Assembly (NCBI GenBank): GCA_937885465.1
Contig: CAKZZM010000154.1
Span: forward strand, 7,760 to 71,759
Direction: 5' to 3'
Source of the DNA: an uncultured Bacteroidales bacterium
GTDB lineage: Bacteria; Bacteroidota; Bacteroidia; Bacteroidales; Paludibacteraceae
Length of the DNA stretch: 64,000 bases
Under the pieces are notes generated by a model that was given only the letters and a program-made list of their open reading frames with translations, did not search any database and had not been told where the DNA came from. The translations under genes and the position numbers were made by a program. Shown here piece by piece: positions 26,593 through 35,624 of this stretch (within the stretch, counting starts at the first letter, position 1; the number at the start of each line of letters is the position of its first letter).

Positions 26593-26624
26593 ATTGCGTA
26601 ATTGAAAATAAGATAGTAACTTTG
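26593..26624 (+). promoter_or_regulatory. promoter candidate (ATTG-N20-TAacTTTG)
   Basis: TAACTTTG at 26617-26624, with an imperfect -33 (ATTG) ending at 26596. It lies upstream of the 26718 gene; the 5-prime UTR would contain RepE. Confidence 0.4.
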
Positions 26625-26628
26625 AGAT

Positions 26629-26702
26629 GTACGATTTAAGTCACTTAGTACTTCGTCACTTGGTACTTCGTCACTTGGTCACTTTCAGTAACTTTTCACT
26701 TC
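26629..26702. repeat. RepE GTAC/CACTT-rich block
   Basis: GTACGATTTAAGTCACTTAGTACTTCGTCACTTGGTACTTCGTCACTTGGTCACTTTCAGTAACTTTTCACTTC. Confidence 0.85.
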
Positions 26703-26717
26703 TAATTAATAACTACT

Positions 26718-28043
26718 ATGGAACAAGAAACATTAGTGGAGAACGTCTCCGAGCGTTCTGACTTAGTGGAGAACGCCTCCGAGCGTTCGGACTTATTACA
26801 AAACGATTCTCAACCCCCACGAAAGATTAATGGTTGGTTGGCGTTTTTCTTATGGGTAGGTGTCGGCTTTGGTGCCTTTATGAGTTGTGTTATCACTATC
26901 TTAGCAATAAGCAAGATAGGGGTTACTCCGGTGTCAGCACTTATTTATTGCGGTTATTTAGGTGCTCTTGTCGTGACGGCGGTGATGACTATCGTTGCCT
27001 TCTACAAGCGCAAAGAGAATGCCGTTTCACTTGCATTCGTCTATATCGCTATTATTGCAATTGACGGTCTGGCGCAAATCGCGCTGTCAGCGTTTGGAAA
27101 TATTAGTTTAGAAATCAAAAATGTTGTTCGTCCGTTCTTATGGGCATTAATATGGTTCTTGTATCTAATGCTGTCTAAGCAGGTAAAAGAGGTCATACCG
27201 GTTGAGATTCGCAAAACAAAACCTGTAGAGATAATACTTCTCGTTGTTTATGTTGTTTCATGTATTGTTTTACACGTGGAATTGGATAAGATGGTTAAAG
27301 ATCCGAAGAGCAGTCTTCTCGTAAGCAACGAATATCTTATTAAGCAAACTATTGCTGAAATGAATACAGAGTTTCCTACTATGTCTGATGGTATAAGAAT
27401 TGAGAAGGTTACTCTGGAAGGGAAAACAGTGATGTATAATTACCAATTTCCAAACGTTGGCCTTGACGATTTAGATGCCGGTTATATAAGCAAGCACTGC
27501 ATCTACCACAAGCAAGAGGTTTTGGAAGGATATGCCACAGAAACGGATGAAGATATAATAGGTATTACTGATCTATTTTTCGGTAGTGGTTACGATGTAT
27601 GTTACCATTTCAAAGACAGAAAAGATATGACGGTTTATGATATTGTTGTAACGCCTTCTGAATACGAGTGGGCAAAGGAGCAGGCTGATACCTTCCGCTG
27701 TGAGAAGGCTGCATGGGAGGAACTGCTGACGGAGGTGAATAGCGAACTGCCTATTGAGTATTTGGGCGACTGCTTTCTCAACAATGTTACCGTTGATTTT
27801 GAAAATAATGCACTCATATACACGGTTGCCTTACCCGAGATGAAGAGTTATATTTTGAAACTGTTTATAACGGAATCCTATTTCAAAAACTTTATCATTG
27901 AAAACGCCGAAGGCCTGAGCAACTATCTGTGGTCAATGGCAGGAATTGACAAGATGGATCTGAAATATCAGCTTGTCACCTCCGAGGGCGAAGACCATGT
28001 GCAAGTGGTAGTGCCATACGAGGAGTATAAGGAATATCTGTAA
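26718..28043 (+). CDS. membrane protein (multi-TM N-terminal half, soluble C-terminal half); N-terminus encoded by two RepA copies
   Basis: 441 aa. [34 protein letters not shown], then INGWLAFFLWVGVGFGAF and further hydrophobic helices. No other in-frame ATG lies before the first TM segment. No confident family. Confidence 0.6.
   Translation: MEQETLVENVSERSDLVENASERSDLLQNDSQPPRKINGWLAFFLWVGVGFGAFMSCVITILAISKIGVTPVSALIYCGYLGALVVTAVMTIVAFYKRKENAVSLAFVYIAIIAIDGLAQIALSAFGNISLEIKNVVRPFLWALIWFLYLMLSKQVKEVIPVEIRKTKPVEIILLVVYVVSCIVLHVELDKMVKDPKSSLLVSNEYLIKQTIAEMNTEFPTMSDGIRIEKVTLEGKTVMYNYQFPNVGLDDLDAGYISKHCIYHKQEVLEGYATETDEDIIGITDLFFGSGYDVCYHFKDRKDMTVYDIVVTPSEYEWAKEQADTFRCEKAAWEELLTEVNSELPIEYLGDCFLNNVTVDFENNALIYTVALPEMKSYILKLFITESYFKNFIIENAEGLSNYLWSMAGIDKMDLKYQLVTSEGEDHVQVVVPYEEYKEYL
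26736..26788 (+). repeat. two RepA copies (period 30 nt) inside the first 25 codons of the 26718 gene
   Basis: GTGGAGAACGTCTCCGAGCGTTC (T..G intermediate) at 26736 and GTGGAGAACGCCTCCGAGCGTTC at 26766. Confidence 0.95.
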
Positions 28044-28225
28044 GTAGAGAACGCCTCCGAGCGTTCAGACTTAGTGGAGAACGCCTCCGAGCGTTCAGAC
28101 TTTTGACATCTGAACGTTCGGAGACGTTATCCACTGCACTTACCTCTCGTCTTTATAAAGTCGGCATTTAATGCCGACTAAAGTGTATATCTCTCGTCTT
28201 TATAAAGTCGGCATTTAATGCCGAC
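28044..28225. repeat. RepA (28044) - 61-nt long palindromic RepA pair (28074-28134) - RepD x2 (28139-28178, 28186-28225)
   Basis: Read directly between the convergent 26718 and DeoR genes. Confidence 0.95.
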
Positions 28226-28233
28226 TTTAAGTG

Positions 28234-29010
28234 TTATACCATTTTCAGCTCAATGCCGGCTGCTTTGAGGCGCGAGGGCAGACCGGTTGGTATGGCTCGG
28301 TCGGTGATGATGCAATGTATCTCAGAGGCGTTTGCTATATGGACGAAACTGCGTTTGTTGAATTTCGATGAGTCGAACACGGCGATTACCTTCGCAGCCT
28401 GTTGTATCATCTGTTGGTTGAGTAGGGCTTCTTCTAACGAAGGGGTAGAAACGCCGTTTTCTAACGAGAACGAATCTACTCCCAAAAATAACTTGTATCC
28501 GCTGAAGTTCCGCAGTACGGATATGGCGAGCGGACCGACGGTGGAATGACTGTTGACACGCACATTGCCGCCTATGAGAATAACATCGAAACGCTTATAT
28601 CGCATCAGCTCGGTGGCGATGTTCATAGCGTTGGTAATGATATGCAGGTTATAGAAATTGTCTAAGTGTCGTGCTATCTCAAGTGTGGTGGTGCCTGAGT
28701 CGAGCATGATGAAATCACCCTCGTTGATCATCTTTGTCGCTTCTTCCCCTATCCTCTCTTTTTCCTTAAAGTTAAATAACTTTTTCTTTCCGATAGAAGT
28801 GTCCTCATTCGGGTTTTCTATCGGTCGGCGCATCGCGCCTCCTCGTGTTCGAATGAGAAGGTTGCGACTTTGCAATATTGTGAGGTCCTTACGAATGGTA
28901 ACCTCTGATATGCCTGTTTCGCGACTCAGTTCTGTTACCAGAACCTCTTCTTTTTTCTCTAACTGCCGCAGGATAAGTGCCCTGCGTTCTTTTGCCGATG
29001 ATGCGTTCAT
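28234..29010 (-). CDS. DeoR family transcriptional regulator
   Basis: 258 aa. N-terminal wHTH (RRALILRQLEKKEEVLVTELSRETGISEVTIRKDLTILQ) and a C-terminal DeoR sugar-phosphate sensor domain (MLDSGTTTLEIA). Confidence 0.9.
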   Translation of the reverse strand: MNASSAKERRALILRQLEKKEEVLVTELSRETGISEVTIRKDLTILQSRNLLIRTRGGAMRRPIENPNEDTSIGKKKLFNFKEKERIGEEATKMINEGDFIMLDSGTTTLEIARHLDNFYNLHIITNAMNIATELMRYKRFDVILIGGNVRVNSHSTVGPLAISVLRNFSGYKLFLGVDSFSLENGVSTPSLEEALLNQQMIQQAAKVIAVFDSSKFNKRSFVHIANASEIHCIITDRAIPTGLPSRLKAAGIELKMV

Positions 29011-29035
29011 AGTAATCTGTCGGTTAAGTTTCCTA

Positions 29036-29043
29036 CAAAATTA
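29036..29043 (-). promoter_or_regulatory. -7 box TAatTTTG (minus strand) for the DeoR gene
   Basis: Plus-strand CAAAATTA at 29036-29043, 26 nt upstream of the DeoR start at 29010. Confidence 0.45.
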
Positions 29044-29060
29044 TAAATAATTTTCCGAAT

Positions 29061-29108
29061 GCGAAAGTGAAAAAGTTTCGCATATTTTTTTCGAAACGTT
29101 ACGAAATG
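29061..29108. promoter_or_regulatory. TTTCG/CGAAA palindromes in the DeoR / amidohydrolase divergent region (candidate operators)
   Basis: GCGAAAgtgaaaaagTTTCGC (29061-29081) and TTTTTCGAAACGTTACGAAATG (29087-29108). Same half-site as upstream of agaS. Confidence 0.4.
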
Positions 29109-29225
29109 TATCACAATCGCACCTCATGCTGTTAATACGTTTAATATAAATATGTTAGCCCGAGAATGTAGTAATTTATGCTATATAGCATACTATATCG
29201 AAGTCTTTATTAAGTTTGAATTTAT

Positions 29226-29233
29226 TAATTTTG
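29226..29233 (+). promoter_or_regulatory. -7 box TAatTTTG for the amidohydrolase gene
   Basis: Exact TAnnTTTG match 22 nt upstream of the ATG at 29255. A second match, TAagTTTG, lies at 29211-29218. Confidence 0.45.
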
Positions 29234-29254
29234 CATCCGAAAAATTATGTTTTT

Positions 29255-30388
29255 ATGAAAAAGTCGTTCGTTCTTTTCTTCTTAGGTATCAGCGTAGGTT
29301 TGGTGTCGTGTGGCGTGAAGTCTGCTTCTGAGAGAGCGTCTGCCTTATCCGGCGAAAATGGGGAGATGTCCGCGCCTTCTGACAGGGTGCTTGTGAGAAA
29401 TTATTTCCCTGTTGTGGTGAATAATATATCTCAGACAAAGGTAGAGCGAGCAAAGTTTCCCATCATTGATATGCACTCGCATGATTATGTTGAGAAGGCG
29501 GGTGATTTAGAGAACTGGGTCAAGGTGATGGACGAGGTCGGCGTTGAGCATACCGCCATCATGCACTGCTCGTGGATTGGTCGTCCGTTTGAGGAGGTGG
29601 TGGAGGCATACGCTCCGTACAAGGACCGCTTCCGTCTGTGGTGCTGCTTTGATTATACGGATATTGATACGCCGGAAGGTCTGGCTAACTCGCTGAAGAC
29701 GTTGGAGCGTTATCATGATATGGGTGCCGTAGGTGTAGGTGAGTTGGGCGACAAGGGCGAGGGCGACCTGTATGCCCGTCCGGTAGAGGGTAAGGGTATT
29801 CATATCGATGACCCGCGAGTAAAACCGCTGCTTGACAAATGTGCTGAACTAAAAATGCCGGTTAGCATTCACATTGGTGAGCCTATATGGATGTATCTGC
29901 CAATGGATGAGACTAACGATGGTCTGCCCAATGCCGCCGTTTGGCATGTGGATACGACTAACTGCATGGGATACTACGGACTTGTCAACACTTTCGAGAA
30001 TGCGGTTCGTGATAATCCGAATACTCTCTTCATCGCCTGCCATTATCTGAATATGAATGATGATTTGCCTCGCTTAGGTGCGATGCTGGATAAGTATCCT
30101 AATATGTATGTGGATATAGCGGCCCGTGTGGCAGAATCAGCGCATACACCGCGTGCTACTCGGGAGTTTCTGATTAAGTATCAAGACCGCGTTCTCTTTG
30201 GTACAGATAATGGTATGGACGAATCGATGTATCAGAATATCTTCCGCGTTCTTGAAACAAACGACGAACATTTCTATGTTCCGGAGTATAACTACCACTG
30301 GGCGTTGAGCGGATTTAACCTGCCGGACGAGGTGCTGAAGAAGATATACCACGATAATGCAGAGAGGATACTGAAGGAATACAAGTGA
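29255..30388 (+). CDS. amidohydrolase-fold (TIM-barrel metal-dependent hydrolase) lipoprotein
   Basis: I prefer the ATG at 29255 (MKKSFVLFFLGISVGLVSCG lipobox); the ORF-track start 29216 is a TTG. HxH metal motif IIDMHSHDY, and later VSIHIGEP, CHYL, FGTDN. Confidence 0.8.
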   Translation: MKKSFVLFFLGISVGLVSCGVKSASERASALSGENGEMSAPSDRVLVRNYFPVVVNNISQTKVERAKFPIIDMHSHDYVEKAGDLENWVKVMDEVGVEHTAIMHCSWIGRPFEEVVEAYAPYKDRFRLWCCFDYTDIDTPEGLANSLKTLERYHDMGAVGVGELGDKGEGDLYARPVEGKGIHIDDPRVKPLLDKCAELKMPVSIHIGEPIWMYLPMDETNDGLPNAAVWHVDTTNCMGYYGLVNTFENAVRDNPNTLFIACHYLNMNDDLPRLGAMLDKYPNMYVDIAARVAESAHTPRATREFLIKYQDRVLFGTDNGMDESMYQNIFRVLETNDEHFYVPEYNYHWALSGFNLPDEVLKKIYHDNAERILKEYK

Positions 30389-30400
30389 AAAAAGTGGAAA

Positions 30401-30540
30401 GAGCGGGCAGAGCCATAAAGAGCGGGCAGAGCCCTAAAGAGTCCCGCCCTACCAAAGCGTTGTCCATTATGCCGAATATTATTCGGCTGTCCCTCCCGCC
30501 AACCAAAGCGTTGTCCATTATGCCGGAAAGTTGAAAGCCG
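30401..30540. repeat. RepC x2, a 23-nt direct repeat CCAAAGCGTTGTCCATTATGCCG (30452, 30503), hairpin GCCGAATATTATTCGGC, and RepG
   Basis: Read directly. The GCCGAATATTATTCGGC hairpin also occurs near 16455. Confidence 0.9.
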
Positions 30541-30543
30541 ATT

Positions 30544-32496
30544 ATGAAAAAAGTCTTTTATCTATTATCTTTAACTGTTGCGGTCTTAAGTCTGACTGCG
30601 TGTCAGCCGAAGGCGGATAGTGGTGAACGCCTCCGAGCGTTCGACACCGAACGGCTGATCTGCGCGGAAGCGGATATGCAGGCGTTCCCGTATCAGCAGA
30701 AGGGCTTGCATGTGGTAAAGCAGCAGACGGTACGGAATGTTGACGGCGTGCCGGGATTGCAGGTGATCCAGACGCAGTTCATCAATATAGGCAAGCCTGT
30801 GATGGTCAGAGCCTACGAGCTATGCCGCACAGAAATTGAGCCGAAAGATACAGTTGTATGGTCGCTACAGCCGAGCAGCACGGCGGCACGTATGGACTGG
30901 GTGCTGCCCGTTACGCAGGGATTCAGCAAGCAGAACTACCTTGGCATGAACAACTCCGACTACGGTGGTGGCATACCTGTGGTTGACCTGTGGCAGCGTG
31001 ACGGCGGTGAGGCTATCGGGTTGTTTGAGCCGGTGCTGCGGATGATTTCAATGCCCGTGGAGTGGAAGCGCTATGATAACAAAGTGACGATGGCACTCCG
31101 TTATGATCTGCCGGAATCGGTAGAACTGGCAACTGGTGACACGTTGCGTTGCTATAAGGCGTTCCGCTACAAGCATACGGGTGATTACTTTACCGCCCTG
31201 CGTACGTTCTCGGAGTATATGCAGGCGAACGAAGGGGTGGTGATGAGGCCATCTGAGCCGGAAGCGTTTGAACCCGTTTGGTGTGCGTGGGGATATGGGC
31301 GTCCGTTCAAAATGGATATGGTATTGGGTACGTTGGACAAGGTTGCCGAATTAGGTTTCACTTGGGTGGATATAGACGATGGCTACCAGATTGCGGAGGG
31401 CGACTGGAATACGAACGAGTATTTCCCTGGCGGTGACAAAGATATGCGTCATATAACGGACGAGGTTCACAGGCGCGGTATGAAAGCCAAACTATGGTGG
31501 GCACCATTGGCGGCTGACCCGGATACGAAGTTGGTGAAAGAGCATCCCGAATATCTGCTCAAGACCGAGGAATGGGCACACGAGTATATCACGTGGTGGG
31601 ACAGCTGGTATCTGTCGCCTGTTAATCCGGGTGTAGATGCCTATACGACTGACCTGCTGAAGATGTTTATCGACCGTTGGGGATTCGATGGCTTGAAGAT
31701 TGATGGTCAGCATCTGAACTGCTGTCTGCCCGACTATAACGAGACGTCAGGGCTGAATGACCCTTGGGAGGCGCCCGAGCAGATGCCGACATACTTTGGT
31801 AAGATATACGAGCAGACTCGTGCCATGAAGCCAGATGCTGTTATTCAGGTTTGTCCCTGCGGCTGCGCAGTGAACTATTGGCTGCTGCCGCAGATCAACC
31901 AAGCCGTGGCATCCGACCCGATGAGTTCGCGTCAGGTGCGAATGAAACGCAAGGCTTACGCAGCTATGGCACCGGATCTGGCATACTACGGCGACCATGT
32001 GGAACTGACGGATGGCGGCAATGATTTTGCTTCGCAGATAGGTACGGGTTCGGTTATCGGAACGAAGTTCACGTGGCCGAAGGACAACCCCGACTGGAAC
32101 GAAGGTCCGTTCCTGCTCACGCCGGAGAAAGAACAACTGCTCCGCAAGTGGATGAAGATTTACAAGGAAAATAACCTTGCCCGAGGCGAATACATGAACC
32201 TCTATACGTGGGGTTTCGACTATCCTGAGGCGCATGTGATAAGAGTTGAAAGTCCGGGCAGAGCCCTAAAGTCGAAAGTCGAAAGCGCAGGGGAGGCGAT
32301 GTACTATGCGTTCTATACCGATGATCAACCCTTCAGCGGTATAATAGAGTTACGCGGAATAGAGGCAGGCAAGACTTATACTGCCACAGAGTATGCAGCC
32401 GATGAACCGCGTGAGTTCGAGGTGGACGGCAGCAATCCGAAGATAGAGGTGAACTTCGAGCGGAGTTATCTGCTGAAAGTAGTAGAAAAGTGGTGA
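30544..32496 (+). CDS. alpha-galactosidase-like glycoside hydrolase lipoprotein (clan GH-D, GH36/GH27-like) with two in-frame repeat insertions
   Basis: Lipobox LSLTAC. Catalytic-domain blocks WCAWGYG, FTWVDIDDGYQ, KAKLWWAPL, FDGLKIDGQH. Repeat-encoded SGERLRAF lies just after the lipobox, and VESPGRALKSKVES lies near the C-terminus. Confidence 0.78.
   Translation: MKKVFYLLSLTVAVLSLTACQPKADSGERLRAFDTERLICAEADMQAFPYQQKGLHVVKQQTVRNVDGVPGLQVIQTQFINIGKPVMVRAYELCRTEIEPKDTVVWSLQPSSTAARMDWVLPVTQGFSKQNYLGMNNSDYGGGIPVVDLWQRDGGEAIGLFEPVLRMISMPVEWKRYDNKVTMALRYDLPESVELATGDTLRCYKAFRYKHTGDYFTALRTFSEYMQANEGVVMRPSEPEAFEPVWCAWGYGRPFKMDMVLGTLDKVAELGFTWVDIDDGYQIAEGDWNTNEYFPGGDKDMRHITDEVHRRGMKAKLWWAPLAADPDTKLVKEHPEYLLKTEEWAHEYITWWDSWYLSPVNPGVDAYTTDLLKMFIDRWGFDGLKIDGQHLNCCLPDYNETSGLNDPWEAPEQMPTYFGKIYEQTRAMKPDAVIQVCPCGCAVNYWLLPQINQAVASDPMSSRQVRMKRKAYAAMAPDLAYYGDHVELTDGGNDFASQIGTGSVIGTKFTWPKDNPDWNEGPFLLTPEKEQLLRKWMKIYKENNLARGEYMNLYTWGFDYPEAHVIRVESPGRALKSKVESAGEAMYYAFYTDDQPFSGIIELRGIEAGKTYTATEYAADEPREFEVDGSNPKIEVNFERSYLLKVVEKW
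30620..30642 (+). repeat. RepA (GTGGTGAACGCCTCCGAGCGTTC) in frame, 5 codons after the lipoprotein Cys
   Basis: Translated as SGERLRAF. Confidence 0.9.
32245..32285 (+). repeat. RepG-RepC-RepG unit in frame in the alpha-galactosidase
   Basis: GTTGAAAGTCCGGGCAGAGCCCTAAAGTCGAAAGTCGAAAG is translated as VESPGRALKSKVES. Confidence 0.85.
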
Positions 32497-32573
32497 ACGT
32501 CTCCGAACGTTGCACCTTCGTACATCGTACATTGTCACTTTGTACATTGTACATTGTCACTTTGTACATTGTA
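32490..32573. repeat. RepA variant containing the alpha-galactosidase stop codon, then a TGTACAT heptamer array
   Basis: GTGG-TGA-ACGTCTCCGAACGTT (TGA at 32494-32496), then ...TACATTGTCACTTTGTACATTGTACATTGTCACTTTGTACATTG. Confidence 0.9.
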
Positions 32574-32599
32574 AATAGTTTAACCAAATATTTAATCAC

Positions 32600-35572
32600 A
32601 TGAAACGATTACTACCAATCCTATTGAGCCTGATGCTTGCTGTATCAGCATTTGCTGACATCAACGTGAAAGGCCGGGTTATCGATGCCGATGGCTCCGA
32701 GCCACTGATTGGCGTGAGTATTCTCGTGCAGGGTACGACACAAGGTACAGTGACCGACTTCGACGGAAACTTTGAAATAATTGTTCCCGACAAGGCGGTG
32801 TTGCAATTCTCATACATCGGCTACAAGACCATAGAAGTACGTGCCGTATCGAGTATGCATGTCATTATGGAGAGCGATGCACAGCAACTGCAAGAGGTTG
32901 TCTCTTTAGGCTACTCTGCTGTAAAGCGTGCCGAGTTAAGTTCTGCAGTTGTAACGGTGAGTGCTGACGCGCTGACGGACGTAACGACCAGCGATGTGGG
33001 CAATATGTTGCAGGGCAAGGTCGCCGGTGTACAGGTAAGTAACTCGACCGGTCAACCGGGTGCCGGAGCTGAGATACGCATCCGTGGTACAGGTTCTATC
33101 ACAGCAGCGAGTGACCCCGTATATGTAGTTGACGGAGTGATGGGCGGCAACTTCAACCCCAACGATGTGGAAACAATCTCAATATTGAAAGATGCAGGTG
33201 CCACAGGCATCTATGGTGCTGCGGCTGCCGGTGGCGTAATCGTTGTGACAACCAAGCAGGGCAAGCGTCAGGAGAAGGCACGCGTCAATGCGCGGATTAC
33301 TGTTGGCGGTACGCAACCATTGTTTGGAAACTACAGGATGATGAAATCTGAAGAGTTGTACGACTACCAAAAAGTCATGTATAACGACAAAGGCATAAAA
33401 GGGGCCACGTTTAATAACCTGCGACCGATTACTTTGTTAGAAGAAGATCACGATTGGAAAGATTATTTCTTCAAGAACGGCATGACGCAGGACTACTATG
33501 TGTCCGTAGCCGGTGGCGGTCAGAAGTTAGGCTATTACGCATCGTTTGACTACTACAAACAGGATGGTACATTTATCAACACAGGTTACGAGAAGTTCTC
33601 AGGACGTGTAAATTTGAATGCTGAGTTGTTCAAGTGGTTGGATATGCGCCTGAGTACATATTTTGACAAATCCAAGTCGGAAAGTGAGGCGTCGTGGATT
33701 ATGATGAATGACGCATATACCAAACTGCCGTGGGATAATCCGTATGATGAGGATGGAAATCTCGTATATATATCTTCTGCCAAACGCCCGGATGGGAGTA
33801 CTTGGTACTCGCAGGACAAGTGGAATGCGTTGCATAACACCCAATATGACTTTAGTCGCGGCACAGGCCTCTCTATGGGGGCTGACTTGCAACTCAATTT
33901 TCATATAACCGACTGGCTGACGCTCCAATCCACCAACCGATTCTCGCATAGTAACGGCAAATGGACTTCTTATGTTGATCCTCGCAGTTTCAACTCAACC
34001 TATAATAACGGTTTCATGGAGGAATCATACGACCAATCTAATTCTTTTGGAACGACTGACATACTGAAGGCCTCTTATCAGTGGGGAGCACATTCCGTAA
34101 ACGGTATGGTTGGATTTGAGTATGGATTATGGAAGAGTGAATATACCACAGCATCCGGTACAGGTATGCCAAATGGCGTGAGTGCGCTCAACGCTACCGT
34201 ACCTCAAGAAGTATCAGGTTATACAGTCCCCGGAGCGGGCTGGGCAACATTTATTCAAGCAGGTTACGATTACGGAAAACGCTATTTTATCAATGCCACG
34301 TTCCGTGCTGAAGCAAGTTCAATCTTCGCTCCTGAACATCGCGTAGGATATTTCCCCTCTGTAGCCGCAAGTTGGCTAATCAGCAACGAGAACTTTATGA
34401 AGGATCAGAAAGTTGTCAGTTTCCTTAAGCTCCGCGCTTCCTATGGTATAACGGGTAATAATAATATCCCGGCTTACAGGTATCTTTCTACGTATGCTCT
34501 CAAGAGTAAGTATCAGAACACAACAACGGCAATTGTAAGTCGATTGAGTAACCCGTTACTTCACTGGGAAACAGCCAATATGGCAGCGGTAGGTATTGAT
34601 TTAACTTTTATTGGCCGCATCGATATGTCGTTGGATTTATACAATACGGATAATACAGGCCTGCTACTGAACGTTCCTGTTGCTCCCTCCACGGGTTTCT
34701 TTGAGGTAACCAAGAATGCAGGTACCGTTCGCAATCAAGGTGTTGAATATCGTATTGATGCCGAAGTCCTTAAGGTGAGTGATGTTCGCTGGGACGTAGG
34801 CTTCAATATCGGCTTTAACCGCAACAGAGTTACTTATACTCCGGATCACGTCCCATTCCTTCAGAGTGCCAATGCTGTTAACCAGCAGGTCAAAGAAGGG
34901 CAAGATATATTCTCATGGTACTTGAAAGAGTGGGCAGGTGTGGATCCCGAAAATGGTGACCCCTTGTGGTATATTGTTAATGCGGATGGAACAAAGACCA
35001 CAACAAACAACTATAAACTCGCAACCGAGCAGGTGGTAGGCAAAGCAACGCCACTCTTCCAAGGTGGTTTGAATACACAGGTTAGTTGGAAAGGTCTCAG
35101 CCTGAGTATCAATACCAATTTCACCTATGGTAATAAGGTATATAACTATAACCGCCAAGCTCTTGATGCAGATGGTGCCTATTTAGGTTATGGTCAGTAT
35201 TCAATCCAAGATTCTAAACTCGGTTGGAAGCGTTGGGAAGCATCGGGTGATGTCGCTACTCATCCCAAAGCTGTTCTGAATGGTAACAAGAGCTCAAACG
35301 ATGTGTCATCACGTTATTTGGAGGATGGCAGTTATTTCCGTCTGAAGAACATTACCTTGAGTTATGATTTAGCTGCTACTTTGATTCCGAAGAAGATTAT
35401 GAGCAAGTGCCGCGTATATATATCCGCCGACAATTTAGCCACCGCTACAAAGTTTTCGGGTATGGATCCGGAAGTTAGCATCAGAACATCGGAATATTCA
35501 CTGGCGGGTATGTATTCTGATCAATATCCGGTGGCTCGTAACATCGTTGGAGGTATAGAAATAGAGTTCTAA
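32600..35572 (+). CDS. SusC/RagA family TonB-linked outer membrane protein
   Basis: 990 aa. Signal peptide, CarboxypepD_reg-like domain (VKGRVIDADGSEPLIGVSILVQGTTQGTVTDFDGNFEI), plug (ISILKDAGATGIYGAAAAGGVIVVTTK), and a C-terminal aromatic residue (...GGIEIEF). Confidence 0.93.
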   Translation: MKRLLPILLSLMLAVSAFADINVKGRVIDADGSEPLIGVSILVQGTTQGTVTDFDGNFEIIVPDKAVLQFSYIGYKTIEVRAVSSMHVIMESDAQQLQEVVSLGYSAVKRAELSSAVVTVSADALTDVTTSDVGNMLQGKVAGVQVSNSTGQPGAGAEIRIRGTGSITAASDPVYVVDGVMGGNFNPNDVETISILKDAGATGIYGAAAAGGVIVVTTKQGKRQEKARVNARITVGGTQPLFGNYRMMKSEELYDYQKVMYNDKGIKGATFNNLRPITLLEEDHDWKDYFFKNGMTQDYYVSVAGGGQKLGYYASFDYYKQDGTFINTGYEKFSGRVNLNAELFKWLDMRLSTYFDKSKSESEASWIMMNDAYTKLPWDNPYDEDGNLVYISSAKRPDGSTWYSQDKWNALHNTQYDFSRGTGLSMGADLQLNFHITDWLTLQSTNRFSHSNGKWTSYVDPRSFNSTYNNGFMEESYDQSNSFGTTDILKASYQWGAHSVNGMVGFEYGLWKSEYTTASGTGMPNGVSALNATVPQEVSGYTVPGAGWATFIQAGYDYGKRYFINATFRAEASSIFAPEHRVGYFPSVAASWLISNENFMKDQKVVSFLKLRASYGITGNNNIPAYRYLSTYALKSKYQNTTTAIVSRLSNPLLHWETANMAAVGIDLTFIGRIDMSLDLYNTDNTGLLLNVPVAPSTGFFEVTKNAGTVRNQGVEYRIDAEVLKVSDVRWDVGFNIGFNRNRVTYTPDHVPFLQSANAVNQQVKEGQDIFSWYLKEWAGVDPENGDPLWYIVNADGTKTTTNNYKLATEQVVGKATPLFQGGLNTQVSWKGLSLSINTNFTYGNKVYNYNRQALDADGAYLGYGQYSIQDSKLGWKRWEASGDVATHPKAVLNGNKSSNDVSSRYLEDGSYFRLKNITLSYDLAATLIPKKIMSKCRVYISADNLATATKFSGMDPEVSIRTSEYSLAGMYSDQYPVARNIVGGIEIEF

Positions 35573-35624
35573 CGAATTACGTATTGCATAAATTACTGAA
35601 TTAATGAGTTAAAGATTGATCATT

